DNA of 63,968 nucleotides, the filler included, from Octopus bimaculoides (lineage: Eukaryota): NCBI RefSeq assembly GCF_001194135.2. It is 8 parts of 8 records of this genome, joined end to end, with 100 filler letters (N's around TTAATTAATTAA, not from the genome) between each part and the next. Parts side by side here need not be neighbours in the genome. Positions count along the whole stretch, not along the records: positions 1 to 19,075 come from NC_069004.1; positions 19,176 to 33,131 come from NC_069005.1; 6 more parts are not named here. One strand, written 5' to 3'. Under the pieces are notes generated by a model. That model was not told the origin of the DNA. It saw only the letters and a program-made list of their open reading frames with translations, and did no database searches. Position 1 is the stretch's first letter, and every line of letters begins with the position of its first letter. The translations under genes were made by a program, and so were the position numbers. Below, piece after piece: positions 12,475 through 24,354 of this stretch.

Positions 12475-12778
12475 GCGTGTGTGTGTGTTTTATATATATG
12501 TATGAATGGATATATGTTTGTATTTATTTAGATATATATAACATATATGTATACATAATGTATATATATATATTATGTGTGTATATATGTGTATACATAA
12601 ATCTTAAAAATACATACACATGTACACACACACACATGCACACACGCGCACACACAGACTTACGCGCGCACACACAGACACACACACATATGCCCATACA
12701 GAAGTTGAGGATACGAAGGAAAGAGAAAGAGAGAGAAGTGATAGGGAGACAGAAAGCTGTATCTACAATGGGAAATAA

Positions 12779-12815
<37 letters not shown>

Positions 12816-13117
12816 AAGATAGAGAGAGAAACAGAGGGAGGAGAGATAGCGAGGCCTAGTGGAAGAGGGAGGGAATTATCTTTGACCATCCCACGTATCA
12901 AAGATCAATGCGATTTTTGATAATAATATTAATAATAATAATAATAATAATGATAATCGAATAAATATATAAATCTGTAAACAAGGACATAAACTCCTTC
13001 AGAAATAGAAAAGAAAGAAAAGAAAAAAGAAACAAAGAAATTCGATGAATCTGTGAAGAATGATCTAATAAGGATTTATCATTTATGAAAGGAAAATGAA
13101 AAAAAAGAACAGTATTT

Positions 13118-13813
13118 AAAATGGCGGAAAAGTAGAAAGACTTTGATCCATAAAAAAAAAACATGGCGGCGCAATATCAAACCTTATTGGCGCCATCTAT
13201 CAACACCAGTTGGCATGGCTGTGTGTATTTTCTGTAAAAGCAAGCAAGCTACCTTTAAAATATCAAAGCTGATTTTTCGAAATTGATCGAAAGTTAAGCG
13301 GATTAATTAGTATCTAGCCGTTTCAAAGAAAAACGAAATGCAATGATAGCTAGCTTGAGTTTTAAAACCGGACCCGATGTTTTCTCATCTCTGTAAACAC
13401 ACACGCACACACAAACACACACACACACACAAACACACAGACACTTGAAAAACAACAACTACAATAAGAAAAATAACCAGAATAACAGTAACAACAACAA
13501 CAACAACAACTACAACAAGCGCAAGAAATATTCTTCTCGCTATTTTATGAACACGTAGAAGCGGAAGTTGGAGTAGAGAACATGGCGGATGGTGGATAAA
13601 AGGCAGATATTAATATCCTCCACTTGCAACTTCGACATTTATCTATTGAAGAACACTTGTTGTTATTGGTGGATGGATGGGTGGTGTGTTGATGGTGTGT
13701 TGGGGTAGTGGTAGTGGTAGTGCTAGAGGCGTTTGTGGTGACGGTGGAGACGGTGGTGGAAAGTTAGACGGTTGACTCCGATCGCTCGGCTCTGGCATGC
13801 TTCGTTCTTCCGC
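13118..13813. promoter_or_regulatory. Candidate promoter: YY1/ETS motif cluster
   Basis: AAAATGGCGG 13118, AACATGGCGGC 13160, GGCGCCATCT 13188 (reverse YY1), AACATGGCGG 13579, GCGGAAGT 13561, CTTCCGC 13807 in non-repeat, CpG-richer sequence. Confidence 0.4.
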
Positions 13814-13944
13814 TAAAATACCTTAACTGATGTCAAAGGAAGGACTGCAACGTATTAATTGAAGGTTTTCTTTCATTTTTTCTCGTTTTTATGCCACAAA
13901 TACGCTGCAAATGACACCAAAGGCTTTTGATGAAACAACAATGC

Positions 13945-14026
<82 letters not shown>
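13945..14026. repeat. (AAT)n microsatellite
   Basis: Direct reading; runs into an N gap. Confidence 0.95.
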
Positions 14027-14892
14027 NNNNNNNNNNNNNNNNNNNNNNNNNNNNNNNNNNNNNNNNNNNNNNNNNNNNNNNNNNNNNNNNNNNNNNNNNN
14101 NNNNNNNNNNNNNNNNNNNNNNNNNNNNNNNNNNNNNNNNNNNNNNNNNNNNNNNNNNNNNNNNNNNNNNNNNNNNNNNNNNNNNNNNNNNNNNNNNNNN
14201 NNNNNNNNNNNNNNNNNNNNNNNNNNNNNNNNNNNNNNNNNNNNNNNNNNNNNNNNNNNNNNNNNNNNNNNNNNNNNNNNNNNNNNNNNNNNNNNNNNNN
14301 NNNNNNNNNNNNNNNNNNNNNNNNNNNNNNNNNNNNNNNNNNNNNNNNNNNNNNNNNNNNNNNNNNNNNNNNNNNNNNNNNNNNNNNNNNNNNNNNNNNN
14401 NNNNNNNNNNNNNNNNNNNNNNNNNNNNNNNNNNNNNNNNNNNNNNNNNNNNNNNNNNNNNNNNNNNNNNNNNNNNNNNNNNNNNNNNNNNNNNNNNNNN
14501 NNNNNNNNNNNNNNNNNNNNNNNNNNNNNNNNNNNNNNNNNNNNNNNNNNNNNNNNNNNNNNNNNNNNNNNNNNNNNNNNNNNNNNNNNNNNNNNNNNNN
14601 NNNNNNNNNNNNNNNNNNNNNNNNNNNNNNNNNNNNNNNNNNNNNNNNNNNNNNNNNNNNNNNNNNNNNNNNNNNNNNNNNNNNNNNNNNNNNNNNNNNN
14701 NNNNNNNNNNNNNNNNNNNNNNNNNNNNNNNNNNNNNNNNNNNNNNNNNNNNNNNNNNNNNNNNNNNNNNNNNNNNNNNNNNNNNNNNNNNNNNNNNNNN
14801 NNNNNNNNNNNNNNNNNNNNNNNNNNNNNNNNNNNNNNNNNNNNNNNNNNNNNNNNNNNNNNNNNNNNNNNNNNNNNNNNNNNNNNNNTTAA

Positions 14893-15119
14893 AGGTAGAG
14901 ACTCCGGGTTTACGTGAAATATTTTGTATAATATATAAAAATAAATTTACCGAAAAATATAAGTCAGAACTGAATATAAATTCAAATTCAAAATGACATA
15001 TTTATCTACCCTTTTCCTAGTAGGAAGTAAAAGAATTTGAATAACACCTGCGTTTAACTCCATTTATTTATTTTTATATATTATACAAAATATTTCACGT
15101 AAACCCGGAGTCTCTACCT
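14893..15119. mobile_element. MITE with 54-bp perfect TIRs, Kolobok-like termini
   Basis: TIR AGGTAGAGACTCCGGGTTTACGTGAAATATTTTGTATAATATATAAAAATAAAT identical at both ends; flanks TTAA / TGAA; AGG...CCT termini. Confidence 0.85.
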
Positions 15120-15124
15120 TGAAA

Positions 15125-16430
15125 AACAAGCAGTTACAACCTTTTTACTTGTGCTGAGGTCCAAATAACACATTGATATAATGAGAAGGTTAGGAAATGT
15201 GGTTGCAGTTGTTCTGCACATCTGTCAATGTGTTCACTGAGATGTATCTGGTACTATGGTGCAAATCCTTCTTGCAAGGTTAAAAGGGATATTTGTTTTA
15301 ATATGTCTCGGGTGGCATGAGCTAAATAATAGGTATTGTTTAGCGTCTGTGGTTTTGTAAAAAATGTCCGTTTCTAATTTTTCGTTTATTTTTTTTAACC
15401 AGTATGTCTAGGAACGGGAGTTCCTCTTGGTTGTGTTCCATTGTGAATTGTATGTTTGTGTTAATGCTTTTAGGGAGTCTTTTGAACTCCACGAGTTTAT
15501 CTACGTTTTCATTCCAGAGAATGAAGCAGTCGTCTAAAAATCTTTTCCAATTTTCTTTTATGTATTGGTAGAGAGGGTTTCTAAATTTTGAAAATGACTC
15601 CTGATATATTGTTATTTTTAAATGGCTCATTGTTAGGTTGGCAATAACCGGAGCTGTCCTGGTCTAAATAGCCCCTTGTTAGGTTGGCAATAACTGGGGC
15701 TGCCTTGGTCCCCATGGCAATTCCGGATTTTTGGCGACAAACAGTAGTGTCAAACATGAAATGGTTATTTTATAGGATGAATTTTATTGATTCAGTTATG
15801 AAGTCTGAAGATCCGTCCCGATATTTCTTCTAAATATTTGTCAAGCCAGAACCGAATTGTTTCTATTCCATAATTATGGGGTATATTGGTGTATAGGTTT
15901 ATCACATCAAATGAAACCGTGTTTCTTCCTTGACCTCTTTTGGTAGGTGATTTAACATATCTAAGTCATCTCTAATATAACTTTTGATGTATTTTTAGAA
16001 ATGGTTTCAGGAGGATGCATTTCACAGGACGGTCCAGCTATAATGGGCCGTAATTTTAGGTATTCTGGTGTTGGTGTATGTATGTATGTATGTATGTATG
16101 TATGTATTCCTATGGGGATTTTTTGATGGCTTCGTTTATAGTTTGGCTTTAGTGAATTTTCGATAGACCATAGAATAGGCTGGGTTTACATTTAATGTTT
16201 GTAAAGAGAGTACTTTCTTTATCGTCCCCGAGAGCTGAAAGGCAAAAGTATACCGAGTTTGTACTTAGAGCGCAGACCATCGGACCAAATATCACCGCCA
16301 TATTTGATGAAGTAAAATGACTGAAACCGGCCTGATATCTACCAATCATGTCAATCGCAGCCCCATTAAATATCTCACTGAAATATTTCAACAGGGCCAT
16401 TCTGCCATCTTCTCGCCTTGAGAATAAAAC
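15125..16430 (-). mobile_element. Penelope-like retroelement, decayed RT
   Basis: KPSLFYGLSKIH, LRPIIAGPSCE, GIAMG..APVIANL, WKRFLDDCFILW, QFTMEHNQEELPFLDILV; frameshifts and a ~47-bp internal tandem duplication at 15630-15710. Confidence 0.9.
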
Positions 16431-17289
16431 ATTATCCTTCTACTGCTCTTAGCTCACTACTGTGTTTTTTAATTTTATTTTATAGTTATTGTCTTCAGAA
16501 CAACATGAGGTGAATGAAAAAAATACGTAATATAAAAGAAGAAAAAAATACTGCCGTAGAATAAGAAAATTCTCATCAGGTAAGTTAAATACATACCTAC
16601 TTATGTACACACACATGTTTATGTGTCTATTCATATATATANNNNNNNNNNNNNNNNNNNNNNNNNNNNNNNNNNNNNNNNNNNNNNNNNNNNNNNNNNN
16701 NNNNNNNNNNNNNNNNNNNNNNNNNNNNNNNNNNNNNNNNNNNNNNNNNNNNNNNNNNNNNNNNNNNNNNNNNNNNNNNNNNNNNNNNNNNNNNNNNNNN
16801 NNNNNNNNNNNNNNNNNNNNNNNNNNNNNNNNNNNNNNNNNNNNNNNNNNNNNNNNNNNNNNNNNNNNNNNNNNNNNNNNNNNNNNNNNNNNNNNNNNNN
16901 NNNNNNNNNNNNNNNNNNNNNNNNNNNNNNNNNNNNNNNNNNNNNNNNNNNNNNNNNNNNNNNNNNNNNNNNNNNNNNNNNNNNNNNNNNNNNNNNNNNN
17001 NNNNNNNNNNNNNNNNNNNNNNNNNNNNNNNNNNNNNNNNNNNNNNNNNNNNNNNNNNNNNNNNNNNNNNNNNNNNNNNNNNNNNNNNNNNNNNNNNNNN
17101 NNNNNNNNNNNNNNNNNNNNNNNNNNNNNNNNNNNNNNNNNNNNNNNNNNNNNNNNNNNNNNNNNNNNNNNNNNNNNNNCACCACCACCACCACCACCAC
17201 CACCACCACCACCACCAATACGATTTCTTCCCCCAATGTAATTAGCTAGGCTGCTATATAAATTAGTAGATGTCTAATTGATTGGTAAC

Positions 17290-18275
17290 ATGGTGGCCTG
17301 GTGGCGGTGGCGGTGGTGTTGTCGTTGATGTTGTTGTTGTTGTTCTTGGTGGTGGTGTCGGTTGCGGTTGTGGTGGTAGTTCTGATGGTGGTTATTACGG
17401 TAGAGAAAGGTTGTGACGGAGGTAGTGTTGGCGGTTAATAATGTTTCTGTTGATGATGATGATGATGATGTTAATGATGATGGTTGTGCTGGTCGCGGTG
17501 GTGGTAGTGGCGGTACTAATTATAATGATCGTGGTGGTAAGATGTTGGTAATGATGATGATGATGGTGGCGGCGGTTGCGAAGATGGTGGTGGTAGTGGT
17601 AGTGGTGGTGGTAGTTTGGTGTTGGTGGTGGCGGCGGCGGTGATGGAGATGATGTTGAAGATGACGACGATGATGATAATGATGGTAACACGGTGGTGGT
17701 GGCGGTAGCAGTGGAGGGGTTGTGGTGGAGATAACGGCGTTGCTGGCTGCAGTGTTGGTTCTTGTGTATGTGGTGGCTGTGGTCTTGGTGGTAGTTGTGG
17801 CTGTGATGGTAGATACCTTTGGTGGTAGCGGTCAGTTTTGTTTCTTGTTTAGCCCCGAGTCGGCTCTAATCCAGAAGATCTATGACCAAACGCGTTCCGG
17901 CCATGACTTTCCTGTCCTTTTTCCATATGCAGGGAAGCCAAAACTCCGTTATTCAACGTATCTTTGTCTGAGACTGTAGAATGTGATTTGAGGGAGATTT
18001 CGCTACTATTCCTTACAGGCCAAGCGACCGACGTAGAGGTTGCTCCAATGGTATCGATTATGGTGCGGTTATGGATGGATGGATGGTGGTGGTCGTGTAG
18101 GGAGTGGTAATATTTATGTTCGTTGTATGATAATGGGCTTTGTGGAGGTGGTGGAGGTGGTGAAGGGGTTGCTAATGATGATGACGATGATGATGCTGTT
18201 AATGATGATGATGATAATGAGGATGATGATGACTATGATGATGATGATGATATTGATGATGATAATTATGATGAC

Positions 18276-18312
<37 letters not shown>

Positions 18313-18375
18313 CAGACAAAGATGCGGACAATGATGATGATGGGGATGATTATAATGATGATGATGATGATGATG
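17290..18375. repeat. Degenerate (GGT)n/(GAT)n trinucleotide repeats
   Basis: Direct reading; source of the poly-M/D/H/V ORFs. Confidence 0.9.
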
Positions 18376-18892
18376 TGGGTAATGATAGTCCTGCTTTGAA
18401 AGCCAGTTTGATAGATAATCGATCGATTTTGGATCGAACCTGCTTCCTCCTCTCTCTCCCTCCCTCCACCAAAAAAACACAACACCCATCCACCTACCCA
18501 CCAATCCACTCACCCACCCGTCCACACCCGCCTACCTACGAAAACAATGATTTAAGACATCTCTCCAGTTTCGCGAAAATTGATGTTCGGCAAGCAAAGG
18601 AGTGGGGTGAGGTGGGGGAGAGGAAGGGGGGTAGAAGGGAGGGACGGAGGGGGGAGGGCCAGTAGCTGGTCCAATAGAGTGGAGTCTATTGATGAAGGGC
18701 AGTAGTGAGGCGGAGCAAGCTTAAACGCCACATGTGTGTGTGTGTGCGCGTATGCATGAGTGCGTGTGTGACATCATACGAAGTATGTGTATAACTTGGT
18801 GTAGCATACAGACACGCATATGGTGACGCATGCGCATACATATACATGCATGCGTGCCCACGTGACACAATGTTGTTTTGTTGATCATATAG

Positions 18893-19055
18893 GTGCAGGC
18901 GTAGTTATGTGGTAAGAAGCTTGCTTCCCAACAACATGGTTCCGGTCTCAGTCCCACTGCGTGACATATTGGGCAAGTATCTTCTATTATAGCCTTGGGC
19001 CGACCAAAGCCTTGTGAGTGGATTTGGTAGACGGTAACTGAAAGAATCCTGTCGT
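18893..19055 (+). mobile_element. SINE family A 5' half
   Basis: Consensus match ending in (TA)n and a gap. Confidence 0.85.
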
Positions 19056-19175
19056 ATATATATATATATATATATNNNNNNNNNNNNNNNNNNNNNNNNN
19101 NNNNNNNNNNNNNNNNNNNTTAATTAATTAANNNNNNNNNNNNNNNNNNNNNNNNNNNNNNNNNNNNNNNNNNNN

Positions 19176-19385
19176 CGAGCGTGGCCGTTTCCGTGCGGGT
19201 GACACGTAAAAGCACCCACTACACTCTGAGTGGTTGGCGTTAGGAAGGGCATCCAGCTGTAGAAACTCTGCCAAATCAGACTGGAGCCTGGTGTTGCCAT
19301 CCGGTTTCCCCAGTCCTCAGTCAAATCGTCCAACCCATGCTAGCATGGAAAGCGGACGTTAAACAATGATGATGATGATGATGAT
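19176..19385 (+). mobile_element. RTE-LINE 3' tail / RTE-tailed SINE
   Basis: GAGTGGTTGGCGTTAGGAAGGGCATCCAGCTGTAGAAAC...CCAACCCATGCTAGCATGGAAAGCGGACGTTAAAC-(GAT)n, same as the end of the RTE LINE at 60290-60470. Confidence 0.85.
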
Positions 19386-19397
19386 ATATATATATAC

Positions 19398-19560
19398 ACG
19401 ACGGGCTTCTTCCAGTTTCCATCAACCAAATCCACTCAAGGCTTTGGTCAGCCCGAGGCTATAGTAGAAGACACTTGCCCAAGGTGCTACGCAGTGGGAC
19501 TGAACCTGGAACCATATGGTTGGTAAGCAAGCTACTTACCACACAACCACTCCTGCGCAT
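19398..19560 (-). mobile_element. SINE family A 5' half
   Basis: Full reverse-complement match to the consensus head. Confidence 0.85.
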
Positions 19561-20894
19561 ATATATATATATGCTGTCACATACACACACCTGCTAATGA
19601 AGAAAACTTTAGCAATTAAACTGGCCACATCTAACCCTAATATTCTACCTGCTTTATATTCAAACTAGCCAGATCTGGCTACTCAATATCTTAGCCTACA
19701 AAATAAAGGGCCACGTCAAAATCCTGAAGCTATGAGATAATAAATACATGATTAATTCAAAACAATGTGGTTGAAAAGCATTTGGTTGGTCAGATTAATC
19801 TGAATGCTAAAGGGCTATAGAGAGACATACAAGATAATGTAACCCCCTCAACACACCGGTTTATGTAAACCTCAAGTCATGCATGGAAATGTTAATTTTG
19901 TTGTTTGTAGACGATGAAAGCAGTTATACAATGAGTCATTCAAAATATACCCAGTCTTTAACTGTAGCATGACCTAAGACATACACACAACCTTGTCATA
20001 ACAAATAATTGACGAGAAACTTAGCCAACTGGATAGTATTACAAAAGAGAAAGCTTCTGGGGAGAGGAAAGAACAGAGATAATTATATATATAGATTGCT
20101 TAGTTTATAAAACAACATACATCCTCACAAAATTGCGTAAGTGGATATTTATTTACGTTAGAGTATTTTCATAAGTTTGCCCTAAAATTCCACTCCTGTT
20201 TGCAGAATTTAGTTTGCCCTTGTTTCATAGGTTCTGAGTAATATAAAGTTTTCCTTGCATAAGTTTCAAGTTACTTTGGTGGTTGAAACAAAATTGGGAA
20301 AGTGTGTCATATATGATACATGGACACTAGGGTAAATAAGTCGTGAGCAACACACATAATACATAGGAGGAGCAAAGGGTTAAGTCCTTTTCCAATTTTT
20401 ACTTGGTATATAAAGCTTTGTAAAAAAGTAGACTGAGATGAATTAACTGGGCTCAATATGTTACAATTATCTAAGGTGGTGAACTAGCAGAATCATTAGC
20501 ACACCAGGCAAAATGATTAGCAGTATTTTGTCAGCGTTTATGTTCTGATGATGATATGATATATGTCATGTATGTAATTTTACATATATCACCTGAAGAA
20601 ATGGAATGGTTATGTAACAATACAAATCTACATAATGCTATCCAATAAATTATGCAACGGACTTGTACTTGAGGCAAATCGTGCTATTGAAACATATGTA
20701 GTGCTGTTTTAAAATATCCATTTGTTTTTATTCACTATATATTATACACACACACAATAATATAAATGCATATACACCCATACACAAATAAGTATAGGTA
20801 TAACTCATTTCTGATTAAATTAAGTAAATTACCAAGGCCATAATTGTAAGTCCAAGTCCATTAGCTACTGGAGATCACTGAGTCAGACACATAC

Positions 20895-20991
20895 GTTCAC
20901 AATTTTCCGCTTACCCCCAGGCAGTAATCGTGCCTTTTTCCTTAATGGCATATCAGCAATGGAGAATCCTTGCCTCTCGAGATCATCTCTC
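20895..20991 (-). CDS. Candidate isolated coding exon, unassigned (weak TruD/PUS7-like spacing)
   Basis: 97 nt, strong donor AAC|GTATGT, weak AAG acceptor; open frame RDDLERQGFSIADMPLRKKARLLPGGKRKIVN; no partner exons found. Confidence 0.3.
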
Positions 20992-21071
20992 CTTTCCAAA
21001 TTACCAAATGACAATTAACACTTGGTCTTAATTGTCATTTGGTAATTATGATACATTCTCCAGAGGCAAAG
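20968..21071. other. Long inverted-repeat hairpin
   Basis: Perfect 20-bp arms AATTACCAAATGACAATTAA (20999-21018) / TTAATTGTCATTTGGTAATT (21028-21047), 9-nt loop, plus an outer 14/15-bp stem. Confidence 0.85.
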
Positions 21072-21164
21072 ATGATTTTAATAAATCAAAAATTCTTGGT
21101 GTATGGTATTTGATATATCTGCATTTCTCTGTTCTGTGTGTGTATGGCTTTTTGGTAAGAAGCT

Positions 21165-21500
21165 AGGCGCTGGTGTAGCAGTGTGGTAAGAAGCTTGCTT
21201 CCCAACCATGTGGATTTAGGTTCTCTCCCACTGTGTGGCACTTTGTGACAAGTGTCTTCTACCATAGCCTCAGTGGATTTGGTAGATGGAAACTGAAAGA
21301 AGCCCATTGTGTGTGTGTCAAGCAACAATCGCTTGACAACTAATGCTTGTGTGTTTCTGTCCTTGTAACTTGGTGGTTTAACAAAAGAAAAAGTACTAGG
21401 CTTACAAAGAATAAGTCCTTGGGTCAATTTCCGTGACTAAGAACCCTTTAAGGCAATGCCCAAGCATGGCCACAGTCAAATGACTGAACAAAGCAACAAA
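21165..21500 (+). mobile_element. SINE family A, near full length (A + B segments)
   Basis: Both halves joined by short (TG)n. Confidence 0.8.
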
Positions 21501-22049
21501 ATAACAGAATACACATACATACACACACACAGAAGTATCTATAGGTAGATATATGTACAAAGGATTTGTGTGTTTGCACACACGCGCAGAGTTGCTTCAA
21601 AGGATAGCGAGTAAAAGAAACTTGCATGAATCATCAACTTTGAACAAAAATATGTCCTATAAAGCCTGTGTCATGTTTTGTTTGCTAATTATGTCAGGTG
21701 GTAGTTGAGGGATCAGAGTTGTGAGAGAGAGAGACAGAGAGGCGGAAGAGTAAATATTATAAAGATAGGTTGTATTAGATAAGTGGGTGATTGACATTGT
21801 GGTAGATATAGACAAAGGAAAAATAACCAGCTGTCAGCCAGTAAATAAAATTTAAAAAAGGGGGAGGAATGAAGGACAAAGTAAGAGAGGAAGATACACA
21901 CACATATGTATCTTTTATCTTTTGTCTCAATCATTAGATAGCGGCCATGCTGGGGCACTGCCTTTCTTTTTTGAGAGCAGTTGGATTCACTTTTAGTATT
22001 CTCGTTTGTGCGAGTAGTTCAGTTTATTTCAGATACTCTCATTTTAAAA

Positions 22050-22255
22050 ATTACAGAGATGTACTTGCACAGCAAGTGACCTGATCTGAGATCGTGTGCT
22101 GGAACAAAAACAATTGCAGCGTGGAAGGTGTTTGTAAGCCATTTAAAATAACACACAAAAACCGTTAGGTTCACTTCAACATTTAAATTTAATTTGTCAA
22201 AATATTTTCGTCGCTTTGAGACCGCGACCTGTTCACTGACAAAATTCTGTGCAGC
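22050..22255 (-). mobile_element. Repeat-like segment carrying a hammerhead-like motif (possible Penelope pseudo-LTR derivative)
   Basis: Single copy in the window; class inferred from the minimal hammerhead architecture and recollection of a similar octopus repeat. Confidence 0.4.
22191..22246 (-). ncRNA. Candidate minimal type I hammerhead ribozyme with G3-C8 core variant
   Basis: Minus strand: AATTTTGTCA-GTGAACA-G-GTCGC-GGTCTCAAA-GCGAC-GAA-AATATT-T-TGACAAATT; stem I 7-9 bp, stem II 5 bp, palindromic stem III. Confidence 0.6.
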
Positions 22256-22986
22256 ACAATTAACACAAAGTAATAACTTGAAAACTGAAACATTTCTAAT
22301 AAAATTTCAAGTATCATCTTTTGAACTATCAGGCAGAAGGCGGTGCTCCAGCATGGTCACAGTCAAATGACAAACAAGTAAAAAAAATAAAAGTGATATT
22401 TTTTAAACAAAGAACATACATATATAAGTTTCAGCTTCTATTGAATTGTAATATAATTTACTAAAACCTGAGGAGCAATTTATAAAGCTTCAACTTTCAC
22501 ATCACTCTACTTTCAGTATTGAGTACTCTTATCTTCATTTTGTGTTCCTACATATTATACATCATTTAACGTCCTCCTTTCATGCTGGCATAAGTTGGAT
22601 GGTTTAACAAGCAGCTGGCATATGTAAATATGCATTATGATACATATCACACACATATATATACCCACCATACACACAACTCTAGATTCATGGGACAAAA
22701 TTTCCTAGTTAAGTGGCTGACAGTTTCATAATGGTTTTTAATAGATTAGTGACATGTATTTGCACATACATACAGAACCTTCTTGTAAATTATATAGCAT
22801 ACATACACCTATATAAACACACTAGACGATTAAGCACTGCAGACTGGTCTATAATTGAACAGATGTTCACTAATGACAGGAAGTTACTCATAAACCAATA
22901 ATGTCTTCCAAACACACTAACCTACTTAGGAAAGCCATGAAGGTCACAATTTACTCTTCACCTATAGATATATGAACTCTTAAAAA

Positions 22987-23237
22987 AAGGCGCAGGAATG
23001 ACTGTGTGGTAAGTAGCTTGCTTACCAACCACATGGTTCCGGGTTCATTCCCACTGCGTGGCACCTTGGGCAAGCGTCTTCTACTATAGCCTCGGGCCAA
23101 CCAAAGCCTTGTGAGTGGATTTGGTAGACGGAAACTGAAAGAAGCCCGTCGTATATGTGTATATATATGTATGTGTGTGTATATGTTTGTGTGTCTGTGT
23201 TTGTCTCCCAGCATCGCTTGACAACCGATGCTGGTGT

Positions 23238-23240
<3 letters not shown>
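22987..23240 (+). mobile_element. SINE family A (5' half plus start of B), followed by long (TA)n/(TACA)n
   Basis: Near-consensus GGCGCAGGAATGACTGTGTGGTAAG...GAAAGAAGCCCGTCG. Confidence 0.9.
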
Positions 23241-23324
<84 letters not shown>

Positions 23325-23578
23325 CATACACACACACATATATATATACATACACATATTTATATATATACATACACATATTTATATATATACAGATATA
23401 TATATATACATACACATATATATACATACACAGATATATATACATACACAGATATATATACATACATACAAACACATATATATACATACAAACACATATA
23501 TATACATACAAACACATATATATACATACATATACATGCACACACATATATATACATGCACACACATATATATACATG

Positions 23579-23613
<35 letters not shown>

Positions 23614-23761
23614 GATAATATATATCATATCATATATTTATCAAGAGCAGGGCTCATTAGCCACCAACGGAGCCGTAAATGCAAAATGTAAGTTAGTACA
23701 AGAGCGCAGAATGTTCCTGAAGGTTGGCAATGATCTTTCTCGGTCACGAGTGGACGGCGAT

Positions 23762-23795
<34 letters not shown>

Positions 23796-23840
23796 NNNNN
23801 NNNNNNNNNNNNNNNNNNNNNNNNNNNNNNNNNNNNNNNN

Positions 23841-23891
<51 letters not shown>

Positions 23892-23959
23892 GTATATATG
23901 TATGCATATATATATGTATGTCCATACATATATATATGTATATACATACATATATATGT

Positions 23960-24150
23960 ATACTCTCTTTTACTTGTATCAGTTATTTGACTGCGGCCAT
24001 GCTGGAGCACCGCCTTTAGTCGAGCAAATCAACCCCAGGACTTATTGTTTGTAAGCCTAGTACTTATTTTATCGGTCTTCTTTGCCGAACCGCTAGGTTA
24101 CAGGGACGTAAACACACCAGCATCGGTTGTCAAGCGATGTTGGGGGGACA
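23960..24150 (-). mobile_element. SINE family A 3' half
   Basis: Reverse complement of B segment. Confidence 0.85.
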
Positions 24151-24301
24151 TATATGTATATACATACATATATATATGTATATACATATATATGTATATA
24201 CATATATATGTATATACATATGTATATACATACATATGTATACACACATATGTAGATACAGACATATATGTACATACAGATTTACATGTACATAGGCATA
24301 C

Positions 24302-24354
<53 letters not shown>

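Noticed and set aside
18123-18400. Acidic poly-Asp ORF
   Set aside because: (GAT)n microsatellite with no splice or domain context
19076-19175. TTAATTAATTAA inside N runs (also near 33176, 41527, 56410, 58621, 60619, 62528), resembling a repeated motif or array
   Set aside because: N44-TTAATTAATTAA-N44 is an artificial 100-bp all-frame-stop linker from assembly
20228-20329. Plus-strand AG...GT segment with an open frame (VLSNIKFSLHKFQVTL...)
   Set aside because: No recognisable homology or partner exons; expected by chance at this length
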